A DNA stretch of 46,554 nucleotides from Chromera velia (lineage: Eukaryota). The stretch spans positions 1 to 46,554 of the forward strand of contig JAHBMJ010000484.1 of assembly GCA_018398765.1 (NCBI GenBank). Reading direction: 5' to 3'. Of this stretch, positions 42,587-46,554 are shown one piece after another. The notes under the pieces were generated by a model. The model had not been told where the DNA came from. It saw only the letters and a list, made by a program, of their open reading frames with translations, and searched no databases. Every line of letters starts with the position of its first letter. The stretch's first letter is position 1. The position numbers and the translations under genes were made by a program.

Positions 42587-43730
42587 ATGGCACTTCGAAG
42601 GTCACTACTTCGCCGCACTTGGCACGACTGGTTCCCCTACGAACCTCGGCCTACTGTCCCCCACACAGACCCGTACATCGTCAACTGTGAAGTGAACAAG
42701 GTGAGCAGACGGACGGACTGAAAGACAGACAGAAGTCAGAGTGATTCTTCAGGCTTCGTCAGTAGGGTGGCTCCGTCTTTTCACAATCTTTCTTTGTGCC
42801 TCGTCAATCAGCACCTTCTCAGTCTGCCAAAGCGTTTTCCGTCAACAATGAATTGCCCTCCTCTTTCATTTTGTCTGCTTCGTTGGGTTCCTGCCCATTA
42901 TCAAGTATAACCGAGCCAATTCTCTCTCCAGGAGCCCACGTGCTTCCCATCTATCCACCTGTCTCTTCACTTGCAACCCACCTTCCTGTTATCCTCCCAT
43001 TTACCTGCCGGGGGGACTGCCTAGTCACCCTGCTTGTCTCAACCACCCACCCACCTTGCATTCATGCCTGCTTTCCTGACCGTCTGTCAACAGTTCCATT
43101 CGCATCTGAATACATACTCATGTAGTTGGTCAGGTCTGGTCAGGAGATTTCTACTTGGACCTCTTCTTCTTTCCTTCCTTTTTCCGATCCTCGTTTTCGT
43201 GAAGTTGTATACACCACTGCATTTGCTTAAGAAAAATGGGAAAGCGGGAAAGGAAGACCCGACAAAGAGCCCTAGGGGTGTGGGCCCTCTCTGTTTATGT
43301 TTCTGCTCTTCGCTATTCAATGCGCTTCTTGCAAATGGGTTTGCATCATGTTTTGTCTTTCGTTAATTTTAGTGTCATGAGTCAGGGTTCCTGCACTCTC
43401 TCTGTAATCTATCATCCACCAATCTGCCTGCCTGCCTGCCTGCCGGCCTTCCCCCGTCAGGTCTACTGGTGGTGCGCGTGCGGGAACTCGAAGACCCAAC
43501 CGTGGTGCGACGGGAGCCACAAAGGGACAATGTTCAAGCCCACGATGTACATGGCACAGCTGAACGGCCCCAAGCTGATCTGCGGGTGCAAGTACACGAA
43601 TGCGAAGCCGAAGTGCACATTTCACTGCATGTATGTGAAGATGCAGTTCTACCCTAAGGAGGCAGCAGCGGTCTGGTTCGCCGCCTGTTTTTGCATCGGT
43701 CTGACCTCCACCTGGGTTTTCCATCCGTGA
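42587..43730 (+). CDS. CDGSH iron-sulfur protein (CISD3/MiNT-like, ApiCox13-like)
   Basis: Exons 42587-42700 and 43461-43730. Canonical motif CACGNSKTQPWCDGSH, variant second motif CGCKYTNAKPKCTFHC, C-terminal TM segment AAAVWFAACFCIGLTSTWVF, and a short basic N-terminus MALRRSLLRR. Confidence 0.9.
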
Positions 43731-44539
43731 GGGGGGGGGCGGTGGGTTGGTGGGGAGTTGCAAGGGGTGGGTGAGTGGGGGAAGGAGACCGACCGCAGGG
43801 CGGTAGTCGCACTCAGCGTGGGTGCCGGCATTGTTGAGTGGCGATGGACTGAGGAACCTCCCTCGCCTATCTGGCGGCATGTTCGCTCTGTATGCAATTA
43901 GGAGAAAGAAGACGGTGGTGAGCGGGGGAGGTCCCCCGTGGATTTCTGGATGTGTTCGTGCTGACTGCATACAGCTGGGCCTGCAGTTAGACTGTCGAAG
44001 CTCACAGTCGCTGTATGGCAGAATCAACGCAGTCATGCATGCATGCGGTCTTTGTTTGTAACTTCTAATTATGCAGCGGGGATGGACGGACGAAGGAAAG
44101 CGGCCAATCTCCCTCCGCGGCCTTCATTCTTCGCTTTATTTCAGAAGAAGGGGGCGCAGGGGTTTTTCTAGACAGAGAGAAATTTGACTGCAAGAGAGAT
44201 GGAGAGAGCGGTCTGATACAGAGCTGCACAGGCAGGCAAGCATGTGAGCGTGTGACAAATGCCTGTCAGATCGATACAGATCGATGAAGGGAGGGGTTCT
44301 CTCTTTGAACGGATGTCCGGCCGTGAACTGTATGTGTATGAATGCGCAAGTGGCTTTGGGTGAATATTTACATGTGCGTGCATGTGGGCACGATCATAAG
44401 ACAGATCGAACAGCTCTGGGACGAGCTCCATTTGAAGGAGCGTGTTGGATCCATACACGGAAAATTTGTGAATAAATATACATATTTCGATGCGTGTGCT
44501 ACAGTGCCACTGCCACTCCGCTATACTCCGCCAGCTTTG

Positions 44540-45680
44540 TTTTGGACATAATCAATGACATTAATTAATTTACTATGAGTTAAACTTTATTACTCTTTAA
44601 TTAACAATTTCTTTAAGTGCATGCCTTATCCCGTACTATAGATCCCATACCATTTAAGTAGAAACGTCTTGTCTTGATTACTTAATATTGATTAATTGAT
44701 TTTTTTATATAATTAAATCGAAAAATTGATTGATTGATTGATTGATTGAGTCCCAAATTAACTATAATTGATTGATTAATTCCTAGCTAGATTCCTAGAT
44801 TGATTTAAATTTTGATTGGTTCGATCGATCCGCACTATATTAAGAACGGACGGGGCTCATCAGGGTATCCAATTAGGTTTTGAGCTAACCTAACCTAACC
44901 TTGAAGTGAAAAAAACCTAGGTTAGGTTACTAACCTAGGTTACTAACCTAAATTGCAAGGATGTGATTGTTACAGGTATGAAATATGATAATATTAAGTG
45001 ATATCATAATTTTATGCATATTTTTACAGCGTTATATTAAATTGGGATGTACGTATAAATTTCACTGTAAAACACTTTTTAGATTAAAGATGAATGTTTA
45101 CTAGGCGCCGGCTAGAGAAAAAAAAAAAGAAAAAAAAATAAGCGATTTGAGGAGATCTTTTTTTCTTTTTCTTTTTTTTTTATTTTTCAACCCTGAATAA
45201 CACTTAGCCTAGCACTTAGCAACAGTTGTGCAACACAGAAACAACACTTGTACAATACTTGAATAACAGTTGTTTGACTGATACAGAAAAAAAAAAGAAG
45301 AAAAGTAAAGGGTTTTAGGGGATCTTTTTTTTTTTCCTCTAGCTGGTGTCTATAGAATGTTTGACTTCCCTGAACTACCCTGAACCTAACTACCTTTTGA
45401 AAGTTTAAGCCGCATTTTTGGATAAACTTGCGGATAGAGATCATCTTAATTATAGTTTTTCAAGTGGCACTTAGGTTCAGGGAGGTAGAATTAATGTTTA
45501 AAGTATGTTCATTTTATGTTTTATTTTATGTTATTCAACAGTTATTGTTAAGTGAAAAATGATTGATTCAATATGATATTCAAAAAGTTGATTTTTACTA
45601 GTACGTGTGAAAGTCAGTTTTTAAATTAAAAACATCACTTTTACAGGTGTGAACTTCATTTTTTAGTTTGTGCTATCTTT
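44540..45680. other. AT-rich island with (ATTG)n, (TAACC)n/(GGTTA)n and poly-A/T tracts
   Basis: (ttga)n at 44727-44749, taacctaacctaacc and ggttaggttactaacc at about 44886-44951, and a 12-bp inverted repeat at 45378-45389/45471-45482. Confidence 0.7.
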
Positions 45681-45685
45681 TTTTT

Positions 45686-46554
45686 TTACAAGACAATCGG
45701 AAAATCTGATGGGGACGATGTCACACTGTCAGGACGAGGGGAGAGAGAAGTGAAGTAAGGGAGTAAAAGCTCAATTGACATGGGCTTTGTGAAAGGGTCA
45801 GCCACATTGGAATGGGAAGGGACGAACGAAAGGCGGATGGAAGCTTCATCCAGCGCATCACGGAGGGAAAGGGTGTGCAGGACGAGTGTGCAGGGCGATT
45901 TTTCGATGATGCAGAGCTGAAGTGACTCTATAACGGATTGGAGGGCACGCTCGGTCGGACGGGGCATCTCACTAGAAACCAGCTTCAGCAAGTCATTTGA
46001 GTCTACCCCCACTTCCGCTGTGACTCCCGCTTTCCAGACGCACCGCAGGACAGGCAAGAGGCACTCTAAGAAATCAACGAGGTCATGAGCAGCATAGAGC
46101 TCTGCTCGGGTGGAAGACCTGGCGACTCGCTTCTGAGAAAAGGCCCGCCAGTGCAGGATGGCAGACTTCAAAGTGAGGAGCCACCCAGACTGGGGATGTG
46201 CATTTCCTGCAGACCCCAACGCGGCATCGCTCCATGACTTAGTGGAGAGGGGAGACGATGTGGGAGGGACATCAGAGCGGGAGATACGGAGGATACGGGA
46301 GGTTGCGGTGCGACGAGCATAACGAAGAAGGGAAAGGAGGTAAGCAGCGTCGGCTTGAGTGGGAGCGGACGAATGACGGCTCAGTTGATTGCACCCTTGG
46401 GACAAGTCAGGGCGAGTATCTCGTGCAACCCACGAAAGACACCCCAGCCGTTCACGAAAGGCTTTGCCTTCCTGGGCTGTTAAGAGACGAGGCGGTTCGG
46501 AAGGAAGCTCGCGAGACGATAGGGGGAGGGGGAACAAATCGGGAGAAGAAACGG
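45686..46554 (-). mobile_element. Ty1/copia LTR retrotransposon pol C-terminus (end of RT plus RNase H)
   Basis: LGCLSWVARDTRPDLS...NQLSRH (copia RT C-terminal block), WSDA, KRVARSSTRAELYA, VDS and FVPSHSNVADPFTKP (copia RNase H motifs). The coding region probably continues beyond the window edge. Confidence 0.92.

Noticed and set aside
44886..44951. TAACC/GGTTA repeats as telomeric sequence
   Set aside because: Only a few copies in mixed orientation, and not TTAGGG or TTTAGGG. Treated as part of the AT-rich island.
45378..45482. 12-bp inverted repeat (ccctgaacctaa/ttaggttcaggg) as a MITE
   Set aside because: Short, with no matching target-site duplication. It cannot be supported without other copies.

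Overview
Eukaryotic, intron-containing genomic DNA, most likely from a chromerid alveolate such as Chromera. This is inferred from recurrent TGCATGCA motifs, an ApiCox13-like CDGSH gene, a bipartite plastid-type leader and microsatellite-filled introns. Positions 1-2394 hold a foldback element with a possible Helitron-like end, then a CMC (CACTA/EnSpm) DNA transposon derivative with 256-bp TIRs and a broken transposase. Ten protein-coding genes follow, eight of them in four head-to-head pairs: an intronless tandem PD-(D/E)XK nuclease-like gene with a possible mitochondrial leader, a 9-exon pseudokinase/M23-like/class III PLP phospho-lyase fusion, a low-complexity hypothetical protein, an ArfGAP, a START-domain protein, a secreted hypothetical protein, a BT1 folate/biopterin transporter, a multi-pass membrane protein, an RFC small subunit and a CDGSH Fe-S protein. 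The window ends in a Ty1/copia RT/RNase H fragment. Sequence-level oddities are AT-rich, CTAG-rich islands downstream of gene 3' ends, transition-only divergence between inverted-repeat arms, and a strong GTCNG splice-donor bias. Exon models were built by hand from GT-AG sites and reading-frame continuity; no database searches were run.
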